Below, in pieces: positions 9,192 through 17,339 of a DNA stretch of 43,313 bases. Below the pieces are notes generated by a model. The model saw nothing but the letters and a program-made list of their open reading frames with translations. It had not been told where the DNA came from and did not search any database. Source of the stretch: a virus; the IMG/VR virus record IMGVR_UViG_3300044499_000010. The stretch is one strand, 5' to 3'. Every line of letters begins with the position of its first letter. Within the stretch, counting starts at the first letter, position 1. Both the position numbers and the translations under genes were made by a program.

Positions 9192-10273
9192 CCTGTCGCC
9201 TCTGCTGTGGCCCCACCCGCACGATGCTGTCGCTCACGCCGACGCCGCTGGCGAACAGCTTTCCCGACCATCCTGACACCGATGCCGAACGCTTCCCGTT
9301 GGACGTGACGCAATGCATCCTCTGCGATCATGTGCAACTGGGCTCGGCGCCGGCGGTCGATTGGGTGGATTATCGCTATGCGACCCCAGAGGCTGTCAGG
9401 CCGCACCTGGCAGCAGCGGCCAGTGTTCTACGTGGAACATATCCCGAGGCCAAGACGGTGCTGGAGATCGGCTGCAACAACGGCTTGTATTTGGAGGAAT
9501 TGCGGCGGGTCGGCTTCAGTGCCGTTGGGATTGATCCTAGTACCACGGTTGGAATCGCACGGCCATTCTCTCATTACTATGCAAAGATGTTCCTTGAGCC
9601 CGTGGACTTGATCGTGGCGAACAACGTGCTGGCCCATGTGGACGACCTCTGGGATGTGTTTCGCGGGATCGACCATCTCTTGAAAGACGATGGGGCGCTG
9701 GTGTTTGAGGTGCAATACTTCCCGTATATGGTGCGCGATGGATCATTTGACATGATTTACCACGAGCATCGGGACTACCACACGCTGGCTCCGTGGCCAG
9801 CCTTCCTGAAACGGTTTGGGTTGTTCATCACGAAAGTGGAACCGATTCCTACTCATGGCGGGTCCGTGCGGATCTTCTGTGAACGTCCAGGTGTTGGGGT
9901 GTGGTGCATACCGAATGAAGCCACAGACTGGCGCGCCTTCAAGCACCGCATCGCCGACGCGAAAGCGGTGGTGTTTGCACAGGTGGCGGCGGCTGATGGC
10001 CCTATTGTGGCCTTTGGGGCGACGGCGAAGGCCTGTACGCTGATTCATCACTTTGGGCTGGCGGATCTGATTGACTATTGCGTGGATAGTACGCCAGGGA
10101 AACGGCAACGGTATATTCCTGGCACGTCGATTCAGATTGTCTCGCCAGATGTGATCGGGCCAGAGATCACGATTCTCTTGACCGCCTGGAACTTTGAAAC
10201 CGAAATCAGAGCGCAATTCACGCATAACAAATTCATCGTCCCCTTCAGCAAGGAGGTTGTATGTCCGGTGTAA
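9185..10273 (+). CDS. NDP-hexose C-methyltransferase family (Zn-ribbon Methyltransf_13 + SAM domain + Methyltransf_14 C-terminal domain)
   Basis: CRLCCG...LTPTPLANSF...FPLDVTQCILCDHVQL (N-terminal zinc domain). VLEIGCNNG...GIDPS (SAM motif I). PTHGGSVRIF and IVAFGATAKACTLIHHFGL...YCVDSTPGKRQRYIPGTSIQIVSP (C-methyltransferase C-terminal domain). Confidence 0.8.
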   Translation: MLACRLCCGPTRTMLSLTPTPLANSFPDHPDTDAERFPLDVTQCILCDHVQLGSAPAVDWVDYRYATPEAVRPHLAAAASVLRGTYPEAKTVLEIGCNNGLYLEELRRVGFSAVGIDPSTTVGIARPFSHYYAKMFLEPVDLIVANNVLAHVDDLWDVFRGIDHLLKDDGALVFEVQYFPYMVRDGSFDMIYHEHRDYHTLAPWPAFLKRFGLFITKVEPIPTHGGSVRIFCERPGVGVWCIPNEATDWRAFKHRIADAKAVVFAQVAAADGPIVAFGATAKACTLIHHFGLADLIDYCVDSTPGKRQRYIPGTSIQIVSPDVIGPEITILLTAWNFETEIRAQFTHNKFIVPFSKEVVCPV

Positions 10274-10971
10274 TGGAAATGGCGACGGAACTCCTCGGCA
10301 AGACTGGCAAGCCGGCCTATGTCGAATTTTCTCAGGTGGCGAAGCATCTGCCCATCCAAAGCGAAAAAGAAGGCCGCTATGTGGCGATCGACGTGGATAT
10401 CGTGACGGTGCGGCAAATCGGCTCGGCGGACTCGGCAATCTTTGAAGTGGACCGCTGGCACAAGCAGAACCAGGCAGAGGTCAAAGGCGGGCGGCTGCCG
10501 CGCGAGCATGCCGACTACTACGAGCGGGCCTACAAATCCTGGAAGGCGGGGCAGGAGCTGCCGCTGGAAGGGACGCCGATCAAAGGCTGGCCGGTCATTG
10601 CCCCGTCGCAATGCGAGGCGATCATTCGGGCGGGCATCCGCACCGTGGAGGACTTGGCCCAGATGAACGGCGAAGCCATGCAGCGCATCGGGATGGGTGC
10701 GGTGATGCTCAAAAACAAGGCGCTGGCCTGGGTGGCGCAGGCCAAGGATAAAGGCCCGCTCACGATGCAGATGGCGGAACTCCAGAAGCAGAACGATCTA
10801 CTGAAAATGAATCTGGAGAATCTCACGGAGCAAATGGCGGCCTTGCAAACGGAGAAGCCACGCAGCCAGACGGTGTATCAACCCATCGAGGAACCTCAAC
10901 TTGGTATTGGCTTGAGCGACATTCTGGACCCTGAACCGTCCAAGCGGAGCCATCACCGCAAGGAGGCGTAG
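10261..10971 (+). CDS. Hypothetical protein with helix-hairpin-helix-like motif and C-terminal coiled coil
   Basis: Strong RBS AAGGAGG 5 nt upstream of ATG 10261. IIRAGIRTVEDLAQMNGEAM is HhH-like, and LQKQNDLLKMNLENLTEQMAALQ is coiled-coil-like. Confidence 0.6.
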   Translation: MSGVMEMATELLGKTGKPAYVEFSQVAKHLPIQSEKEGRYVAIDVDIVTVRQIGSADSAIFEVDRWHKQNQAEVKGGRLPREHADYYERAYKSWKAGQELPLEGTPIKGWPVIAPSQCEAIIRAGIRTVEDLAQMNGEAMQRIGMGAVMLKNKALAWVAQAKDKGPLTMQMAELQKQNDLLKMNLENLTEQMAALQTEKPRSQTVYQPIEEPQLGIGLSDILDPEPSKRSHHRKEA

Positions 10972-11682
10972 ATGTCGGTCCTCACCACGATCCAATACGT
11001 CTGCGGGCGGACCAATGTGCCGGTGCCGGCCACCGTCCTTGGCAATACGGATACGCAGGTCGTGCAGATGCTGCGGCTCCTCGAGGAAATCGGAAACGAC
11101 ATGGCGAAACGTGGCGATTGGGAAGGCGTGACCCGTGAGGCCACCCATACGAGTCTGGCCGATGAGGATCAGGGCACCATGGTCAGTATTGCTACGAACG
11201 GCTTTCGCAATCTCAAAAACGGCACCTTCTGGGACCGCACGAATAAGCTGCCCATCCTCGGGCCGCTCAACGATCAGCAGTGGCAAACCTTGAAAGGCAT
11301 GGCCACGACAGGCCCGCGCTATCACTTCCGCATTCGCGGCGGGAAACTCCTCATCAATCCCACGCCCACGGCGGGCCATACCTGGGCGTTTGAATACATG
11401 AGCAAGAATTGGATGCTGGGCGTCGATGGCACGACCTATAAGCAATACGCCACGCTCGATAGCGATACCATCCTCATCCCCGAAGACGTGCTGATTATGG
11501 GGCTCAGGTGGACGTGGAAGAAGGAAAAGGGCATGGACTACGCCGAAGATATGGCCACCTACGAAGCGCAAATCAAGGACTCACTCGGGCGCGACGGCGG
11601 CAAAGCTACGCTGCACATGGACGGCGGGGTGCGGGATGCGAGACCTGGGATCTTTGTACCAGATATGAGCTTGGATCTATAA
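10972..11682 (+). CDS. Putative head-to-tail adaptor / tail tubular protein A-like
   Basis: 236 aa, RBS AGGAGG. It occupies a T7 gp11-like position, after the head genes and before a large beta-rich protein. The call is by synteny only. Confidence 0.35.
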   Translation: MSVLTTIQYVCGRTNVPVPATVLGNTDTQVVQMLRLLEEIGNDMAKRGDWEGVTREATHTSLADEDQGTMVSIATNGFRNLKNGTFWDRTNKLPILGPLNDQQWQTLKGMATTGPRYHFRIRGGKLLINPTPTAGHTWAFEYMSKNWMLGVDGTTYKQYATLDSDTILIPEDVLIMGLRWTWKKEKGMDYAEDMATYEAQIKDSLGRDGGKATLHMDGGVRDARPGIFVPDMSLDL

Positions 11683-11692
11683 GGAGGAGACG

Positions 11693-11842
11693 ATGGCTAA
11701 AGAATCCATGAAACTGGGTGAGACGTTTTCCGCAACCAAAGTGAGCGGCGTCAGTGGACCGCTCCCACCTGAGCCCCCCAAGCCTCGGCATTATGCGATC
11801 GGCTACGGCGTCATTGCCGCGATCATCGTGGCGCTCAGTTAG
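11693..11842 (+). CDS. Small membrane-anchored protein (49 aa)
   Basis: Not in the ORF track (<60 aa). Strong RBS AAGGAGGAGA. MAKESMKLGETFSATKVSGVSGPLPPEPPKPRHYAIGYGVIAAIIVALS has a C-terminal hydrophobic helix. Confidence 0.5.
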   Translation: MAKESMKLGETFSATKVSGVSGPLPPEPPKPRHYAIGYGVIAAIIVALS

Positions 11843-11851
11843 GGAGATTAC

Positions 11852-13420
11852 ATGAGAACCGCTGTCCGCCAAGGCCGCGTGGCCAAGCAAAAGATCTCGA
11901 TCACGCAGACGTACCCGGCCCCCATTGCTGGATGGAACGCGCGCGATGGGCTCGCCTCGATGAAGCCCACTGATGCGATCGTGCTCAAGAACTGGTTTTG
12001 CCGCCCGTCCTATGTCGAGTTTCGCGGCGGCTGGGCCGAGCATGCGACCGGCACCACAGGCACAGTGAAAACGATTGCCGTCTATAACAAGATGACGGGC
12101 AGCAATCAGCTGTTCGCCTATACCGCGAGCGGGATTTATAACGTGAGCAGTGCGGGCGCGGTCGCCGCCTCGGTCCTCGCCCGCACGAACGGCAAGCACC
12201 AGTGGGTGATGTTCGGGGACGGCACGAGCAATTGGTTGATCGCGGTCAACGGCGTCGATAAACCAGCCTACTACGACGGCACGACCTGGACGGCGGTGAC
12301 AGAAGCCACGAGCCCGGCCTTGACGGGCTACCCTGCGAATGCCGTAGAGCAGTTCATCGCCGTCACGGTGTTCAAGGGCCGCCTGTTTCTCATTCCGATT
12401 AACAGCCTCTCATTCTGGTATCTGGCGGCAGGCGCAGCCGGTGGGGCCTTGACGGAGTTTGATCTGTCAGGCGAAGCCACAAAAGGCGGCTACTTGCTCG
12501 CCATGGCCACCTGGACGAGGGATGCGGGGAGTGGCCCGGACGACTTCGCCGTATTCTTCACATCCGAGGGTGAGGCGATTGTCTATCAAGGGACGAACCC
12601 CAGTGCGGTGAATACCTGGGCCAAGGTGGGCAGCTATACGATTGGGAGACCGCTCGGGCGGCGCTGCGTCATGCAGTACGGCGGGGACTGCGTGGTGCTC
12701 ACGGAGAACGGGGTGTTTCCGTTGTCGGCGCTCCTCCAGTCTGGTGACGAGCGGGCGAAGTTCGCGCTGTCCTATAAGATCCAGAACGCCGTGGTCGATG
12801 CCGCACGCAGCTATGGGTCCACGTTTGGATGGAAGGCGATCACCTTTCCCGCCTATGACGCGATGCTGGTAAATGTTCCCATTGCCGAGGACGGCGAGCA
12901 TGAGCAGTACGTGATGAACACCCTCACGAAGTCGTGGTCGAAGTTTACCGAATGGGACGCAGAGGATTTCGCGGTGTTCAACGGCGAACTCTATTTTGCG
13001 GTGGGCACGGAAGTCCGCAAATGCTGGACCGGCACGATCGACGGCGCAAACGATATTGTCTACTACGGCAAGCAGGCGTTTCAGGACTTCGGTGATCCGC
13101 GCAAAAAGCACTGTCAATTGTTCATGCCGATGCTTGCGGTGAGTGGGAATGTGGCGTATGGCGCAGATATCGACGTGGATTTTGAAGATGAAGAAATCTC
13201 CGGGACCGCCTCCTACACCGTCACTGCCGGGGCGCTCTGGGATGCCAGCAATTGGGATGAAGCCTATTGGGCGGAAAGCACGGTCACAGTGAAGCAGTGG
13301 AGTAGCCCTGCGACGTGGGAGGGGCGCTGGCTCTCCACGAAGCTCAAGATTGCCTCTAACGCGCTCACGGGGCAATGGAATGCGTCGGTCCTCGTCTACG
13401 AACATGGGGAGGGGCTATGA
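11852..13420 (+). CDS. Putative tail tubular B / nozzle-like protein
   Basis: 522 aa, beta-rich with repetitive G/T/W/Y blocks suggesting a propeller. It occupies a T7 gp12-like position. Confidence 0.4.
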   Translation: MRTAVRQGRVAKQKISITQTYPAPIAGWNARDGLASMKPTDAIVLKNWFCRPSYVEFRGGWAEHATGTTGTVKTIAVYNKMTGSNQLFAYTASGIYNVSSAGAVAASVLARTNGKHQWVMFGDGTSNWLIAVNGVDKPAYYDGTTWTAVTEATSPALTGYPANAVEQFIAVTVFKGRLFLIPINSLSFWYLAAGAAGGALTEFDLSGEATKGGYLLAMATWTRDAGSGPDDFAVFFTSEGEAIVYQGTNPSAVNTWAKVGSYTIGRPLGRRCVMQYGGDCVVLTENGVFPLSALLQSGDERAKFALSYKIQNAVVDAARSYGSTFGWKAITFPAYDAMLVNVPIAEDGEHEQYVMNTLTKSWSKFTEWDAEDFAVFNGELYFAVGTEVRKCWTGTIDGANDIVYYGKQAFQDFGDPRKKHCQLFMPMLAVSGNVAYGADIDVDFEDEEISGTASYTVTAGALWDASNWDEAYWAESTVTVKQWSSPATWEGRWLSTKLKIASNALTGQWNASVLVYEHGEGL

Positions 13421-13950
13421 GCCTCGTCTTTTCGATTGAGCCGATTGCCACGTGTTGGCCTGATTTTCTGGACTTGGCGAAGATTCACTGGCAGGGCACT
13501 ACGAGCTATCGGCGCCACGAACCGTTTGACTTGTCGCTCGCCCGATACCAGGCCTGTAACGAATCTGGGTTTCTCCAATTCTGTACCGCACGGGATCAGA
13601 GTCGCTTGGTTGGCTACCTCATTTTCTACGTAACGACTTCCATGCACTCGCAATTAAGTCTTGCGGTCGAGGATACATTTTTTCTTCATCCTGACTATCG
13701 GAAGGGCCGCAACGCCCTCCGGTTCTTGCAGTATGTTGAGCGCCTGTGTCGGGAGTGGGGCATTTCTGAAATGATGTGTTCCTGCGAGGTAGACAATGCG
13801 TCCGGGATTAAAGGTCTGCTGACATTGCTTGACTATCGTGAGGTTGTCGTGCAATATAGCAAAAAGCTCGCCAATTTCTCACCAGGCAGCGACACTGCCA
13901 TAGCTCCTACGGAGCAGCGCAGTGTCGAAGCTCACACCCCTTCAATCTGA
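13417..13950 (+). CDS. GNAT-family N-acetyltransferase
   Basis: ATGA overlap with the upstream gene. LVGYLIFYV...FFLHPDYRKGRNALRFLQYVERLCREWG matches GNAT motif A (R/Q-x-x-G-x-A/G). Confidence 0.7.
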   Translation: MSLVFSIEPIATCWPDFLDLAKIHWQGTTSYRRHEPFDLSLARYQACNESGFLQFCTARDQSRLVGYLIFYVTTSMHSQLSLAVEDTFFLHPDYRKGRNALRFLQYVERLCREWGISEMMCSCEVDNASGIKGLLTLLDYREVVVQYSKKLANFSPGSDTAIAPTEQRSVEAHTPSI

Positions 13951-15073
13951 CGGAACCTGTACCATCAACTTTCATCGACGGCGCACAGTCTTGTCCTGTG
14001 CGCCATCACCACCACCAGCCCCCGATGTGATTGGTGCCGCCAAGCAGCAGGGCATCGAAAATAAAGAAACGGCCATCACGCAAGGTCGGATCAATAACCC
14101 CAACGTTATCAGTCCCTATGGGACGCAAACGACGACCTGGGGCACGGTGGATCAACCGGGCTACGACGCCGCGCTCGCTAAATACCAGACCGACCTGGCC
14201 GCCTACAACGCGCAACCGCTGACGGCCCAGCCTGGTGCCAGGACGTGGGTGCCGAGCACGACGGGGAGTTATACCGACGCGCGAAGCGGCGGCGGAACGC
14301 CAGGTGGCCAATGGGTGACGGCGCCCAGCACGGGCATTCGTCCTGGCACGGCCCCCGTTGCGCCGACAAGAGCCCAATTCACTCGGAACCCAGATCAGCC
14401 CACCATCACCCAGGTCTTTTCCCCTGAACAGCAAGCCCTCTACGATCAAAGCACGACCACGCAGCAGCAGCTCGGGCGCGTGGCCGGACAAGGGGCCACG
14501 GCCCTCGAAGGCGTGGTCGGCACCCCCGTCGATTTCTCCGGCGCCCCTCAAACCGGCAACTACGACGCCACGCGCAAAGCCGTGATTGACGCCATGATGG
14601 GGAGGGTGAATGAGGATTACGACAAGCGCACGGATACCGACCGCTCCAATTTGATTGCTGCCGGCATTCGCCCAGGGAGTAAAGCCTATGCCGATAATCA
14701 GCAGATGATCGAGCGGAGCCGCAACGACGCCTATCAGCAAGCGGAAATCGCGGGAGGCAACGCCGCCTCTCAGGCTTACGGCATGGATGAAGCCCGAAGA
14801 CGGCAGGCGATCACCGAACTGTTAGCCGAGCGGCAAACCCCCATCAACGAAATCAGCGCCCTCCTGTCCGGCTCACAGGTCAGCAATCCGTTCAGCATGC
14901 CGGGGTATGCGCAAAATACGCAAGTCGCCCCGACGCCCTATTACAACGCGGCGCAGGCGGCTGGGCAGTACGGCACCGATATCTTTAATCAGCAGGCGGC
15001 CAGCGCAGGGAACACACAGAGCGGCCTGATGGGCCTCGGGGGGACGGCCATCATGGCAGGAGCGATGCTATGA
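13922..15073 (+). CDS. Putative internal virion / ejection protein (start uncertain)
   Basis: 383 aa from GTG 13922, with GGAG 7 nt upstream. It is Q/A/G/T/P-rich. An alternative start is GTG 14027. Position corresponds to the T7 gp13/14 region. Confidence 0.4.
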   Translation: MSKLTPLQSDGTCTINFHRRRTVLSCAPSPPPAPDVIGAAKQQGIENKETAITQGRINNPNVISPYGTQTTTWGTVDQPGYDAALAKYQTDLAAYNAQPLTAQPGARTWVPSTTGSYTDARSGGGTPGGQWVTAPSTGIRPGTAPVAPTRAQFTRNPDQPTITQVFSPEQQALYDQSTTTQQQLGRVAGQGATALEGVVGTPVDFSGAPQTGNYDATRKAVIDAMMGRVNEDYDKRTDTDRSNLIAAGIRPGSKAYADNQQMIERSRNDAYQQAEIAGGNAASQAYGMDEARRRQAITELLAERQTPINEISALLSGSQVSNPFSMPGYAQNTQVAPTPYYNAAQAAGQYGTDIFNQQAASAGNTQSGLMGLGGTAIMAGAML

Positions 15074-15735
15074 AGGCGCTCGCGTTCTCCGGGGGCAAAG
15101 ATTCGATGGCGTGCCTCCATCTGCTCAAGGACGAATTGGACTGCGCCATCTACGTCGATACGGGTTACACGTACCCCGAGACGCACGCCATGGTCGCGTA
15201 TGCCAGTACCATGATTTCGATGCACCGCGTCAAGAGTGACCGCCAAGGTCAGCAAGCGTTGAATGGGCTCCCCTCCGATGTGGTGCCGGTGGAATGGACG
15301 GTCACCGGGCAATCTATTACCGGGAAGAAAGCGACGACCATTCAAGCCTCCCTGCAATGTTGCTACGAGAATCTGTCTCGCCCGTTACTGGATCGTGCCA
15401 AAGCACTGGGCGTCACGGAGCTGGTCTATGGGCAGCGGAAGGAAGAACTGTACACGGCCCCCTCGAAGCACGGGGAGGTCGTGGAAGGCATGACGCGCCT
15501 GTATCCCATTGAGGACTGGACCACCAGGCAAGTACTCGACTATCTGGCGACGAAGATGCAAGTGCCAGACCACTACACACTCACCCGCTCCTCGCTCGAT
15601 TGCTACGACTGCCCGGCCTATCGGCGCGTATCGCAGGATCTCCATGCCTGGACCAAGGACCGCTATCCCCACTATTACGCCGCCTTTCAGCAGAACTGTA
15701 ACACCGTCTATGCGGCCATTCAGGAGGCGCTGTAG
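15070..15735 (+). CDS. PP-loop ATP pyrophosphatase (PAPS-reductase / adenine nucleotide alpha-hydrolase superfamily)
   Basis: ATGA overlap. The N-terminus MKALAFSGGKDSMACLHLL carries the SGGxDS PP-loop. The C-terminus has SSLDCYDCPAY (CxxC). Confidence 0.75.
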   Translation: MKALAFSGGKDSMACLHLLKDELDCAIYVDTGYTYPETHAMVAYASTMISMHRVKSDRQGQQALNGLPSDVVPVEWTVTGQSITGKKATTIQASLQCCYENLSRPLLDRAKALGVTELVYGQRKEELYTAPSKHGEVVEGMTRLYPIEDWTTRQVLDYLATKMQVPDHYTLTRSSLDCYDCPAYRRVSQDLHAWTKDRYPHYYAAFQQNCNTVYAAIQEAL

Positions 15736-17339
15736 TGGCGACGAATCAAATCTCCACCTCGCCCTATCTCCTCTCCGACTCGAATCAAGCGTCCTATCGC
15801 TATAACGGAGAACTGCCACCGGAAGAGTCGCTTGAACAGCAGGCCCTCAATCGCCGCCAACATATTGCGAATCTGCTCATCCAACAGGGCTTGGCGGGCG
15901 CGGGCGGGAATCGCGGGCAGATGGTGGGTCGGTTCTATGTGCCAGGCTCGCCGCTCCAAGGGCTGGGCGACATGGCCAAGATCGGATTGGGGGCCTATGG
16001 CACCCATATGAACGATCAATCGCGGCAAGAACTCGCCGCCTCGAATCAGCAAATGCTCGCCGATGCGGTGGCGAACTATAAACAAGGCACGAGCGACGTG
16101 CCGGCGGTGGCGGGCAGTATGCCGCCTCCACAGTCCGCCGTGGCCGACTCAATGGCCGCGCCACAGGCCACGCCGCCATCCATGGAGGCCATGCCGATGG
16201 GGCCGCCAGCCTCGCCGTTAAGTGGGGGCTATCAAATGGGGCTTGACGAATCAGGTTGGGCTCCCAAGGGACCTATCCAAGACTTGAACGCGGGCGCTCC
16301 ACCGATGCCAGTTCCACAGCAGGCCGTGGCGCAAGCGATGGTGCCGCAGATGCAAGGGCCGGTTAGTCCAGGGACGCCAGGACGGGCACGGACACCGGAG
16401 GAGCGCAAGATTGCGCTCATCGACCTCATGGCAAGTCAGCATCCACAGGCACGGCAGTTGGGGACGATCTTGGAGAAGCAGGAGGCTGATGCTGCCGAGC
16501 GGGCGACGAATCGTGAATTTATGGGCGAGCAGCGGCAACTCGACCGTGATGCACGGCTGCAAGGACAGGAGATTCAACTGAACCAAGCCATGATGATGGG
16601 CCTCATCACCAAAGAACAAAAAGATCAAATGCTGGCGTTACAGAAACAGCAAATCGAGCAGACTGGCAGCATCGCCAAGATGCACGATCAAACACAGAAG
16701 TCGATTGCGGCGATGAATAAAGAGACCGGCAAGACGCCGCCGGGCTATCGCGCCACACCAGAAGGAAATTTGCAAGCCATTCCTGGCGGGCCTGCCGACC
16801 TCAAGCAGCAAGGCAAACGTGAGCAAGCAAGTGCGGCGCTGCAAAGCATGTCGTCCGACCTCGATCGGCTGGCGGTCTCGGCGAATCAGATTCTCAATCA
16901 TCCTGGCTTGGCTGGCATTACCGGCCTCCGTGGGGCGGTGCCGGATATTCCAGGGACGCAGGCCGCCGATGCCCGCGCGTTGCTCAATAAGCTGAAATCG
17001 CAAGTGGGCTTTACGGTGCTGCAGAACATGCGGAACAACAGCAAGACGGGCGGGGCGCTCGGCCAAGTCTCGGACAATGAAGGGAAGCGCCTAGAAAACA
17101 ATCTGGCCTCGGTGGAATCCGCGCAATCCATCGACCAAATGCGGCGCGAGCTCCAGGGCATTGTGGATTATGTCAATGGCTCGAAGGACCGGCTCAGTGC
17201 GGCGTATGAGTCTACCTATGGCGAAGGCACACCGGCGGCTGCACCACAACCGGAAGGCATGACGCCGACCGTGCCAGCATTCCACGATCCTGAGAAACAG
17301 AAACGCTATGAGGAGTTTCGCAAGAACCATACACCATGA
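15735..17339 (+). CDS. Putative internal virion / ejection protein
   Basis: 534 aa. GTG overlaps the upstream TAG, with AGGAGG 7 nt upstream. It is Q/A/P/M-rich with a long coiled-coil segment. T7 gp15-like position. Confidence 0.4.
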   Translation: MATNQISTSPYLLSDSNQASYRYNGELPPEESLEQQALNRRQHIANLLIQQGLAGAGGNRGQMVGRFYVPGSPLQGLGDMAKIGLGAYGTHMNDQSRQELAASNQQMLADAVANYKQGTSDVPAVAGSMPPPQSAVADSMAAPQATPPSMEAMPMGPPASPLSGGYQMGLDESGWAPKGPIQDLNAGAPPMPVPQQAVAQAMVPQMQGPVSPGTPGRARTPEERKIALIDLMASQHPQARQLGTILEKQEADAAERATNREFMGEQRQLDRDARLQGQEIQLNQAMMMGLITKEQKDQMLALQKQQIEQTGSIAKMHDQTQKSIAAMNKETGKTPPGYRATPEGNLQAIPGGPADLKQQGKREQASAALQSMSSDLDRLAVSANQILNHPGLAGITGLRGAVPDIPGTQAADARALLNKLKSQVGFTVLQNMRNNSKTGGALGQVSDNEGKRLENNLASVESAQSIDQMRRELQGIVDYVNGSKDRLSAAYESTYGEGTPAAAPQPEGMTPTVPAFHDPEKQKRYEEFRKNHTP

